NCBI RefSeq assembly: GCF_963921235.1
Contig: NC_086097.1
Coordinates: 39,186,001 to 39,250,000, forward strand
Reading direction: 5' to 3'
DNA: 64,000 bases
Source: Mobula hypostoma
Lineage: Eukaryota
Below the pieces are notes generated by a model, which had not been told where the DNA came from, did no database searches, and saw nothing but the letters and a program-made list of their open reading frames with translations. The position numbers were made by a program, and so were the translations under genes. Shown piece by piece: positions 24,615 to 36,071 of the stretch. Positions within the stretch are counted from its first letter, which is position 1, and the number at the start of each line of letters is the position of its first letter.

Positions 24615-24797
24615 AGATCAGAATAAGCCCTTCTGGCCCTTCAAGTTGTGCTGCCCAGCAAGCCCCAATTTAATCCTAGCCTAATCACGGAATAAACAAT
24701 GACCAATTAACCTACCAACTGAATTGTCTTATGACAGTGGGAGGAAATTGGATCACCGAGAGGAAAACAGCATGGTTTCGGGGAGAACGTACAAACC
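24615..24797 (-). mobile_element. V-SINE (HE1-like) fragment
   Basis: GTGGGAGGAAA..GGA.CACC..GAGGAAA...GGGGAGAACGTACAAAC V-domain-like segment. Confidence 0.65.
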
Positions 24798-24939
24798 AGG
24801 CCACACGGTTCTTTGAGTTTACTTCACCATTCCATCATAGCGGATATATTATCCCTGTCAACCCTATTCTCCTGCCTTCTCCTCATAACGTTTTATGCTT
24901 TAACTAATCAAGAGCCTATCAATCTCCACTTTAAATATA

Positions 24940-27900
24940 ACATAGAAACATAGAAAACCTACAGCACAATACAGGCCCCTTCGGCCCACAAAGTTGTACC
25001 GAACATGTCCCTACCTTAGAAATGACTAGGCTTACCCATAGTCCTCTATTTTTCTAAGCTCTATCTACCTATCCAAAAGTCTGTTAAAAGACCCTATCGT
25101 ATCCGCCTCCACCACCGTTGCCGGCAACCCATTCCATGTGCTCACCATTCTCTGCGCAAAAAAACTTACCCCTGACATCTCCTCTGTACCTACTCCCCAG
25201 CACCTTGAAACTGTGTCCTCTTGTGGCAACCATTTCATCCCTGGGAAAAAGCCTCCGACTATTCACACGATCAATGCCTCTCATCATCTTATACACCTCT
25301 ATCAGGTCATCTCTCATCCTCCGTTGCTGCAAGGAGAAAAGGCCGAGTTCACTCAACCTGTTTTCATAAGGTATGCTCCCCAATCCAGGCAACATCCTTG
25401 TAAATCTCCTCTGCACTCTTTCTATAGTTTCCACATCCTTCCTGTAGTGAGGTGACCAGAACTGAGCACAGTACTCCAAGTGTGGTCTGACCAGGGTCCT
25501 ATATAACTGCAACATTACCTCTCGGCTCTTAAACTCAATCTCATGATTGATGAAGGCCAATGCACCGTATGCCTTCTTAACCACAGAGTCAACCTGCGCA
25601 GCAGCTTTGAATGTCCTATGGACTCGGCCCCCAAGATCCCTCTGATCCTCCACACTGCCAGGAGTCTTACCATTAATACTATATTCTGCCATCATATTTG
25701 GCCTACCAAAATGAACCACTTCACACTTATCTGGGTTGAACTCCATCTGCCACTTCTGAGCCCAGTTTTGCATCTTATCAATATCCCATTGTAACCTCTG
25801 ACAGCCCTCCACAATATCCGCAACAGCCCCAACTTTTGTGTCATCAGCAAACTTAATAACCCATCCCTCCATTTCCTCATCCAGGTCATTTATAAAAATC
25901 ACAAAGAGTAAGGGTCCCAGAACAGATCCCTGAGGCACACTACTGGTCACCGACCTCTATGCAGAATATGACCCATTTAGAACCACTCTTTGCCTTCTGT
26001 GGGCAAGCCAGTTCTGGATCCACAAAGCATTGTCCCCTTGGATCCCATGCCTCCTTACTTTCTCAATAAGCCTTGCATGGGGTACCTTATCAAATTCCTC
26101 GCTGAAATCCATATACACTACATCTACTGCTCTTCCTTCACCAATGTGTTTAGTCACATCCTCAAAAAATTTTAATCAGGCTCATAAGGCACGACCTGCC
26201 CTTGACAAAGCCATGCTGACTATTCCTAATCATATTATACCTCTCCAAATGTTCATAAATCCTGCCTCTCAGGATCTTCTCCATCAACTTACCAACCACT
26301 GGAGTAAGACTCACTGGTCAATAATTTCCTGGGCTATCTCTACTCCCTTTCTTGAATAAAGGAACAACATCCGCAACCCTCTAATCCTCTGGAACCTCTC
26401 CCGTCCCCATTGATGATTCAAAGATAATTGCCAGAGGCTCAGCAATCTCCTCCCTCGCCTCCCACAGTAGCCTGGGGTACATCTCATTCAGTCCCGGCAA
26501 CTTAACCAACTTGATGCTTTCCAGAAGCTCCAGCACATCCTCTTTCTTAATATCTACATGCTCAAGCTTTTCCGTCTGCTGCAAGTCATCACTACAATCA
26601 TCAAGATCCTTTTCCATAGTGAATACTGAAGTAAAGTATTCGTTAAGTACCTCTGCTATTTCCTCCGGCTCCATATACACTTTCCCACTGTCACACTTGA
26701 TAGGTCCTATTCTTTCACGTCTTATCCTCTTGCTCTTCACATACTTGTAGAATGCCTTGGGGTTTTCCTTAATCCTGCCCGTCAAGGCCTTCTCATGGCC
26801 CCTTTTGGGTCTCCTAATTTCCTTTTTAAGCTCCTTCCTGTTAGCCTTTTAATCTTCTAGATCTCTAACATTACCTAGCTCTCTGAACCTTTTGTAAGCT
26901 TTTCTTTTCTTCTTGACTAGATTTATTACAGCCTTCGTACACCACGATTCCTGTACCCTACCATAACTTCCCTGTCTCATTGGAACATACCTATGCAGAA
27001 CTCCACACAAATATCCCCTGAACATTTGCCACATTTCTTCTGTAGTTTTCTCTGAGAACATCTGTTCCAAATTTAAGCTTCCAATTTCCTGCCTGATAGC
27101 CTCATAACTCCCCTTACTCCAATTAAACACTTTTCTAACTTGTCTGTTCCTAGTTCTCTCCAATGCTATTGTAAAGGAGGTAGAATTATGATCACTATCT
27201 CCAAAATGCTCTCCCACTGAAAGATCTGACACCTGACCAGGTTCATTTTCCAATACCAAATCAAGTACAGCCTCTCCTCTTGTAGGCTTATCTACATATT
27301 GTGTCAAGAAACCTTCCTGAACACACCTAACAAACTCCACCCCACGTAAACCCCTTGCTGTAGAGAGATGCCAACCAATATTTGGGAAATTAAAATCTCC
27401 CATCACGACAACTCTTTTATTATTACACCTTTCCAGGATCTGTTTCCCTATCTGCTCCTCGATATCCCTGTTACTATTGGATGGCCTATAAAAAACACCC
27501 AGTAAAGTTATTGACCCCTTCCTGTTCCTAACCTCCACCCACAGAGACTCCGTAGACAATCCCTTCATGACGTCCACGTTTTCTGCAGCCGTGACACTAT
27601 CTCTGATCAACAGTGCCATGCCCCCACCTTTTTTGCCTCCCTCCCTATCCTTTCTAAAACATCTAAAACCCGGCACTTGAAGTAACCATTCCTGTCCCTG
27701 AGCCATCCAAGTCTCTAATGGCCACCACATCATAACTCCAAGTATTGATCCACGCTCTAAGCTCATCTGCTTTGTTCACAATACTCCTTGTGTTGCAATA
27801 GACACATCTCAAACTATCGATCTGAGTGTGTCCCTTCTCTATCACCTGCCTATCCTCCCTCACACACTGTCTCCAAGCTTTCTCTATTTCTGAGCCAACC

Positions 27901-29109
27901 GCCTCTTCCCCAGTCTCTTCAGTTCGGTTCCCACCCCCCAACAATTCTAGTTTAAACTCGCCCCAGTAGCCTTAGCAAACCTCCCCCTGGGATTTAAGTG
28001 CAACCTGTCCTTTTTGTACAGGTCACTTCTGCCCCAAAAGAGGTCCCAATGATCCAGAAATCTGAATCTCTGCCCCCTGCTCCAATCCCTCAGCCACACA
28101 TTCATCCTCCACCTCATTCTATTTCTATACTCACTGTTGCGTGGCACAGGCAGTAATTCCGAGATTACTACCTTTGCGGTCCTGCTTCTCAAATTCCTTC
28201 CTAACTCCCTGTAGTCTTTTTTCAGGACCTCTTCCCTTTTCCTGCCTATGTCATTGGTACCAATATGTACCACGACCTCTGGCTGTTTTCCCTCCCACTG
28301 CAGGACATCTTGGATGCAATCTGAAACATCCCGAACCCTGGCACCTGGGAGGCAAACTACCATCTGGGTTTCCTGTGTCCACAGAATCGCCTGTCTGACC
28401 CCCCTAACTATAGAGTCCCCTATCACTACTGCCTTCCTCTTCCTTTCCCTACCCTTCTGAGACACAGGGCCGGACTCTGTGCCAGAGGCACGGCCACTGT
28501 TGCTTCCCCCAAGTAGGCCGTCCTCCCCAACAGTACTCAAACAGGAGTACTTATTGTCAAGGGGGACAGCCACGGTACCTGACTCTTCTCCTTCCTTCTC
28601 CTGACTGTTACCCACTTGTCTGTCTCCTGTGGTCCCAGTGTGACCACCTGCCTGTACCTCCTTTCTATCACCTCCTCGCTCTCCCTGACCAGACGAAGGT
28701 CATCGAGCTGCAACTCCAGTTCCCTAACGCGGTCCCTTAGGAGCTGCAGCTCAACACACCTGGTGCAGATCTCGCCGTCCGGGAGGCTGGGAGGCTCCAG
28801 GACTTCCCACATCTGACACCAAGCACAGAACACTGGCCTCACACACATACTACTTCCTTTCCGCAATTAACACAGGTAAATCTACCTCGCCTCGTCCCGT
28901 TACCGCCTAAGCCTGTTGAGGCAAAGCCCTATCACTCTGCCACCTTTCACTCCGCTGCCCGCTGGATATGGCGGTCTTCTTTTTAAACTTTTCCCGCTCT
29001 ACTGGCTGACGTCACGCACCTGTACAGTCTTGCCTCTCTTTTACCCCGAGTAGTAAAATGCCTTCGCTCCAAAAATCCTGAGCTGTTCCACTTGCAGCCT
29101 TCTTGCTCC
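24940..29109 (-). mobile_element. Apparently full-length CR1 LINE (about 4.2 kb) with zinc-finger/SGNH-esterase ORF1 and disrupted EN-RT ORF2, nested in an older CR1
   Basis: 7-bp TSD aaatata at 24933-24939 and 29110-29116; (TTTCTATG)n tail; GDS..GTND..DRLH esterase motifs; GDFNFP, SDHN and KFADD. Confidence 0.92.
27947..28866 (-). pseudogene. CR1 ORF1 (CxxC/CxxC zinc finger, coiled coil, SGNH/GDSL esterase), frameshifted
   Basis: CAWCQMWE, CTRC, VIGDSIVRG, CLPGARV, HIGTND, DRLHLN. Confidence 0.85.
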
Positions 29110-32100
29110 AAATATACTCAAGGACTTGGCCTCCACAGCCGTATGGGGCAAAGAATTCCACAGATTCACCACCCTCTGGCTGAAGAACCTCTTCGTGATC
29201 ACTGTTCTAAATGGACATCCTTCTATTCTGAGGCTGTTCCTAGACTTCCCCACTATAGGAAATATTCTCTCCATATCCATTCTATCAAGGCCTTTCAAAA
29301 TTCAAAATGATAGAATGAGAGGGGAATCTCATTCAATTAAACTCCAGCAGGTACATGCCCAGGATCATCAAACACTCCTCATATGCTAACCCTTTCATTC
29401 CTGGAATCATTCTTATGAATCTCCTCAGGATCCTTTCCAATGCTAGCATATCTTCTTAGGTAAGGGGCCCAAAGCTGCTCACAATACTCCAATGCCTAAC
29501 CAATACCTTATAAAGCCTCAGCATCGCATCTTTGCTCTTGTATTCTAGTTCTCTAGAAATGAATGCTAACATTACATTTGCCTTCCTTCCCACTGCCTCA
29601 ACCTGTAAATTAACCTTTTGGACATCCTGCTCAAGGACTCCCAAGGACCTTTGCACCTCTGATTTTTGAATTTCATCCCTATTTAGAATATAGAATATAC
29701 TTTTATTCCTTCTACCAAAGTACATGAGTATATACTTTCCTGCACTATGTTCTGTCTGCAACTTACAGAAAACGCTGGAAGAACTCGGCAGGTAATGGAA
29801 ATGAACAAACAGTCGATGTTTCAGGCTGAGACCCTTCTTCAGGACTGGAAATGAAGGGAGAAGACACTAGAGTAAAAAGATGGTGGGAGGGAAAGAAGGA
29901 TAGCTAGAAAGTGATAGGTGCAGCCAGGTGGATGGGAAAGATAAAGGGCTGGAGATGGAATCTGACAGGAGAGGAGACTAGACCATAGGAGAAAAAGAAG
30001 GAGGAGGGCCAACAAGGGGAGATGATAGTTTGGTGAGAAGAGGTAAGAGGCTAGACTGGGGAACAGAAAGAGGGTTTTTCTTTACCAGTAGGAGAAATCA
30101 ATATTTCTGCCATCAGGATGGAGACTTACTGAGATGAAATACAAGGTATTGGTCCTCCACCCTGAAGGTAGCCTCATTGTAGCACGAGGAAGCCATGGAC
30201 CAACATGTTGGAATGGGGATGGGAATCGGAATTAAAATGTTTGGCCTCCAGGAAGTTCCGTTTATGGCGGAGGTGCTCAACGAAGTGATCTTTCAGTTTT
30301 GAATGGGTCTCACCATTGTAGAAGAGGTTGCACTGGGAGCACCGGACACAACAGCAGATTCGCAGGTGAAGTGTTGCCTCACCTGGAAGGACTGTACAGG
30401 GCCCTGAATGGAGGTGAGGGAGGAGTTGAGTAGGCAGGTTTAGCATTTTGGCTGCTTGCAGAGATATGTGCCAGGAGGGAGATTGGTGGGGAGGGAGGGA
30501 TGGACAAGGGGATTATGGAAGCAGTGATCCCCGCGGGTAGTGGAAAACCTTGGGGGGGTGGCGGGTAAAGATGTGTTTGGTGGTAGGAGTCCTTTAGTGA
30601 TGACGGAGGTTGGAGAGACTGATATATTGAAGGTGGAGGCTCATGGGGTGGTAGATAAGGATGAGAGGATTTGATCACTGTTAAGGTGTCGTGAAGATAG
30701 TGTGAGTGCCGGTGGTCATGGAATGGAGGAGATGCAAGGAAGAGCAGCAGGAAGGAAAACCCCACTCTTTGAAGAAGGAAGACATTTCTGATTTCCGAGA
30801 AAGGAAATGGATGCAACACTTTTCGAAGACTTTCTGAAAACCAAGTAAACACCATCCACTGACTCTCCTTTGTGTATCCTGCCTGTTACTTCCTCAAAGA
30901 ATTCCAACAGATTTGTCAGGCAAGATTTCCCCTCGATGAAATCATGCTGACTTTGGCCTACTTTATCATGCGCCTCCAAGGATGATCAAAGGATAATCAA
31001 CATCAAAGGATAAACTTTGTATTGAAAGGACAGGCAGGAAGGCATAGCCGGTGATGTGACTCTGTTGGTGAGAGATGGAATTACATCTTTAGAAAGAGGT
31101 GACATGGGGTCAGAGAACATTGAATCTTTGTGGGTGGAGTTAAGAAGTTGCAAGGGTAAAAAAAGCATTATGGGAATCATATAGGCCTCCAAATAGTAGC
31201 CAAGATGTGGGGTTGGTACTGCAAAAGGAGCCAGAAAAGACATGTAATAAGGGTAATGACACAATTGTAATGGGAGACTTCAATATGCAAAGGGATTGGG
31301 AAAATCAGGTTGGTGTTGGATTGCAAGAGAGGGGATTTATTGATGGTTTTTTAGAGCGGCTTGTGCTTGAGCCTATTCAGGGAAAGCCTATCTTAGATTG
31401 GGTGTTGTGTAATAACCCAGATCTTATTAGGGAGTTTAACTTAAAGCAACCCTTAGGAAACAGGTTCACGAGGATGGTTCTGGGAACGAAGGAGTTAACA
31501 CATGAAGAGCTTTGGGCCTGTACTGACTGGAATTTAGAAGAATGTGAGGGAGCTGATTGAAACCTACTGAATGTTAAAGGGATTAGATAAGGTGGATGTG
31601 GAGAGGATGTTTCCTATGGTGGGGCTATCCAGAACTAAAGGGCACAGCCTCAAAATTGAGGGGTGACCCTTTAGAACAGAAGTATGGAGGAATTTTTTTA
31701 GCCAGAGAGTAGTAAATCTGTGGAGTGCTCTGCAACAGACTGCGGTGGAGGCCAAGTCCATGGGTACATTTAAGGCAGAAGTTGATCATTTCCTGATCGA
31801 CCAGGTCATCAAAGGATGTGGCGAGAAGGCAGGTGTGTGGGCTTGAATGGGATCCAGGATCAGTCATGATGGAATGACGGAGCAGATTCAATGGGCTGAA
31901 TGGCCTAATTCTGCTCCTATGTCTTATGGTCTTATGGTACTGCAAACCTCATCCTTAATAATAGACTCCAGTATCTTCCCACGCACTGATGTCAGACTAT
32001 AACTGGCCTATAGTTTATTTTCTTCTGCCTCTCTCCCTTCATGGAGTGATATTAGCAATTTTCCAGTCTGCCAGAACCATTCCAGAATTCAGTGATTCTT

Positions 32101-33410
32101 TAAAGATGATTACTAATACCTATACAATCATTTAATCTACCTCTTTCAAAACCCTGGGCTGTAGTCCATCTTATCTCTCTTCAGACCTTTCAGCTTCCCA
32201 AGCACCATCTCTCTAGTAATAGCAACCACATTCACTTCTGCCCCTTGACACTCTTGAATTTCTGGCATACTGCTAATGTGCTACACAGTGAAAACTGTTG
32301 CAAAATACTTACCAAGTTCATCTGCCATTTCTTTGTCTCCCATTACTACGTAATTTTTCAGCTTAATTTTTCAGTGCTCCAATATCTACTCGGGCCTCTT
32401 TTTTCACTCTTTATATATTTGAAAAAACTTTTGCTATCCTCTTTGTTTTTTGTTTTGGCTAGCTTGCCTTCATATTTCATCTTTTCTCTTCTTATGGCTT
32501 TTTATTTGCCTTCTGTTGGGTTTTAAATGCTTTGCAACCCTCTAACTTTCCACTAATTTTGGCTGTATTATAATGTCCTCTCTTTTGCTTTTATGGTGTC
32601 TTTGACTTCCCTTGTCAGTCATGGGTGCCTCATCCTCCCTTTTGAATGCTTCTTCATCTTTGAAATGTATCTATTCTGCGCCTTCCTAATTTCTTCCATA
32701 AACTCTAGCCATTAATGGTCTCCTGTCATCCCTGATTGTGTCCCATACCAATCAACTTTGGCCAGCTCGGCTCTCATGCTCTTTAATTCCATTTACTCCA
32801 CTGTAATACTGATACATCTGACCTTATCTTTTCCCCCTCAAACTGCAGGGTGAATTCTTTCTTATTACAATCACTGCCTCCTTAGGGTTTCTTTACCTTA
32901 AGCTCCCTAATCAGATCTGTTTTATTGCACAATGCGCAACCCAGAAGTGATTCAACCACAAGCTGTTCTAAAAAGCCATCTCGTAGGCAATCTACAAATT
33001 CCCTTTCTTGGGATTCAATACCAGTCTGATTTTCCCAATCTACCTGCATATTGAAATCCCCCATGACTATTGTAATATTGCTCTTATTGCATGCCTTTTC
33101 AATATTAATTTATATCCCACATCCTGGCTACTGTTTGAGGGTCTGCATATGACTCCCATCAGAGTCTTTTTACCATTGCAGTTTCTTAACTCTACCAACA
33201 AGGATTCTATATGTTCCGATCTTATGTCACCTCTTTCTAAGGATTTGATTTCATTTTTTTTAACAAGCAGAGCCACTCCACCCCCTCTGCCCTGCTGCTT
33301 GTCCTTTTGATACAAGGTATGTCCTTGGATGTTAAGCTCTGAACTTTGATCTTCTTTCACTCATGACTCAGTGATGGCCACAACTTCATATCTGCCTATC
33401 TCTAACTGAT
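29110..33410 (-). mobile_element. Older fragmented CR1 host (also 24800-24939), interrupted by a PLE (about 29760-30800, -) and an internally deleted CR1 (about 30985-31940, +)
   Basis: CR1 RT/EN motifs resume collinearly after each insert (GKSCLTNLLEFFEEVT; MGDFN); the + insert ends in a (tatggtct)n tail. Confidence 0.78.
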
Positions 33411-33483
33411 AAAAGACCTTATTCTGTATACTGTGTGCAATCAAATATAACACCTTCCATCCTGTATTCATTACCCTTTTCGA

Positions 33484-34330
33484 TTTGGGGCCCTGAATGG
33501 TGGTAAGGGAGGAAGTGTAAGGGCATGTGTAGCACTTGTTCCGCTAACCACAAACAGTCCTTCCAGGTGAGGCAACACTTCACCTGTGAGTCGACTGGGG
33601 TGATATACTGCGTCCGGTGCTCCTGATGTGGCCTTTTATATATTGGCGAGACCCGACGCAGACTGGGAGACCACTTTGCTGAACATCTACGCTCTGTCCG
33701 CCAGAGAAAGCGGGATCTCCCAGTGGCCACACATTTTAATTCCACATCCCATTCCCATTCTGACATGTCTATCCACGGCCTCCTCTACTGTAAAGGTGAA
33801 GCCACACTCAGGTTGGAGGAACAACACCTTATATTCCGTCTGGGTAGCCTCCAACCTGATGGCATGAACATCGACTTCTCTAACTTCCGCTAAGGCCCCA
33901 CCTCCCCCTCGTACCCCATCTGTTACTTATTTTTATGCACACATTCTTTCTCTCACTCTCCTTTTTCTCCCTCTGTCCCTCTGAATATACCCCTTGCCCA
34001 TCCTCTGGGTCCCCCCGCCCCTGTCTTTCTTCCCGGACCTCCTGTCCCATGATCCTCTCGTATCCCTTTTGCCTATCACCTGTCCAGCTCTTGGCTCCAT
34101 CCCTCCCCCTCCTGTCTTCTCCTATCATTTTGGATCTCCCCTTCCCCCTCCAACTTTCAAATCCCTTACTCACTCTTCCTTCAGTTAGTCCTGACGAAGG
34201 GTCTCGGCCTGAAACGTCGACTGCACCTCTTCCTAGAGATGCTGCTTGGCCTGCTGCGTTTACCAGCAACTTTCATGTGTGTTGCTTGAATTTCCAGCAT
34301 CTGCAGAATTCCTGTTGTTTGCGTTTAAAT
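33484..34330 (+). mobile_element. Young PLE 3' copy with a 5' inversion and intact hammerhead
   Basis: Near-identical to 23090-23825; 33484-33545 is the inverted upstream-adjacent segment. Confidence 0.9.
34187..34222 (+). ncRNA. Minimal hammerhead ribozyme (PLE pLTR)
   Basis: Identical to 23726-23761. Confidence 0.85.
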
Positions 34331-34414
34331 ATCCTAAAACCATGTGCCTTCATTCCAGATTCCCCACAGGTGGAAGCATACTTTCAGCATGTCTTTGTGG
34401 CTTATTTTTCCTAG

Positions 34415-34605
34415 ATCCAAATACTTCTGGTGGAAAAGATGATAGTGGAAATACTCGTGTTATGATCTTCTCCTCGTATCGGCACAGCGTTCAAGAGATT
34501 GCTGAGATGCTTAGCAATCATCGGCCTCTTGTGCAAGTCATGACCTTTGTTGGGCATGCTTCCGGAAAGAACACTAAAGGATTTACACAAAAAGAGCAGC
34601 TTGAG
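34415..34605 (+). CDS. FANCM: FANCM coding exon (about exon 9), helicase motif IV: DPNTSGG...TRVMIFSSYRHSVQEIAEML...GHASGKNTKGFTQKEQLE
   Basis: ttttcctag acceptor, gtaac donor; 191 nt, phase 1/0. Near-identical to the human FANCM segment. Confidence 0.96.
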
Positions 34606-36071
34606 GTAACTTGGATTTGTGAACCAAGAAAATGATATAGTTAATGCATATAATTGCTAAAACAAATTATAGAAACATAGAGTTTTTACATTACAAGAGG
34701 CCATCAGTCTAGAATAGCTCTTAGAAAAGAATTCATTTTAGTGGTACAAACCCAAAGCCCTGTAAGTTTCTAGTTCTCACGTATACTTTCAAGACACTGT
34801 TTCTCTTTCCATCATCTTGACCGGTGGTGAATTCCTGATTATAAATATATTCTGAGTTTAAAAAAGTATCTGTTTTTATTTTTTTTAAATTTTGAATCTG
34901 TTTCCTGTTCTTCTTGGAGTATGTGCTGAGAAGAACAGCTATTTAAACCAGCATAATTTTGAACATTTGTATCGCACTTCCTCTCAAAATCTTTAATCGA
35001 AGAAAAAAAACACCTCATCTTCTTTACTCTAACTTTACAGCTACAATCTTAAATCTGTAAAATTACTCCTCACCATCTGGGAAGATGCACATTATTCCTA
35101 AAATGTGGTAGCAATAATACTTGAGGATACAATTATTCCAGTTTTTTATACAGCATTAATTTAACTTTACCACTCCTGATTTCTGTGCCACCTATTTATA
35201 AATCTTAGGAGTTTAATATGCTTTACCAACCACTCTCTCAACGTGCCTTGTCATTTCCAGGAATTCAAGTACATTTCTTCTTTCCTGTACACATTTTAGT
35301 GTTGTATTCCCAGTTTATATCATCATTCTTGCCAAACATCTATGATTTCACGCTTCTTACATTAAATTTCTTCTACCACTGTCTGTCTCTTCATCCAACC
35401 CCTATCTATGTCATCTTGTTGTCTTATACTAGACACTACAGGGTTCTACTATACTTTCAAGCTGTGTGTCATCTACAGTTGTGGAAATTATGCACTGTAC
35501 CTCCATGTCCAAGCATGTCTGCTGCCATCCTCCAATCTGGAGGGGGGTGAAAAAACAGCCGTTCACTACTGCTATTTGTTTTCTACCTTCAGACTGTGTT
35601 CTAATCAGTGCTGCCACTAACCCTTTATTTGCATGATAAGAGACATTCAATTAACCCCTGAAAAAATTGGGAACTTTATTGAATGAAAACTAGTGGATTG
35701 ACCCATGTTCTTAAAAACATCACCCATTAGTCACTTAATTAGACACTACTTGTAACTAGTAGTGAAGAGTTCCACAAAGCCACTTTCAATCATAGAATGG
35801 CAACATGACAGAAAGAGATTATTTGACCATTTGTTTATGTGTTGCTCTCAACCCTCACGTGGACACTTTTCTACAAGCCCTATGCACATCTCCTAGCCGT
35901 ATAATTACTGAGTTTCCTCTTAAAAGCAAGAGAACTTTTTCATCATGTATACAGGGAATATATTCCTCATTCCATAAAAAAGGGACAAATACTTGAATTT
36001 CTCTTACATTTAAAAAATTTTTTTGCCTGTCTGTATTCTCTCATCCTTGATTGTTCTACTAGTATTCTGTC

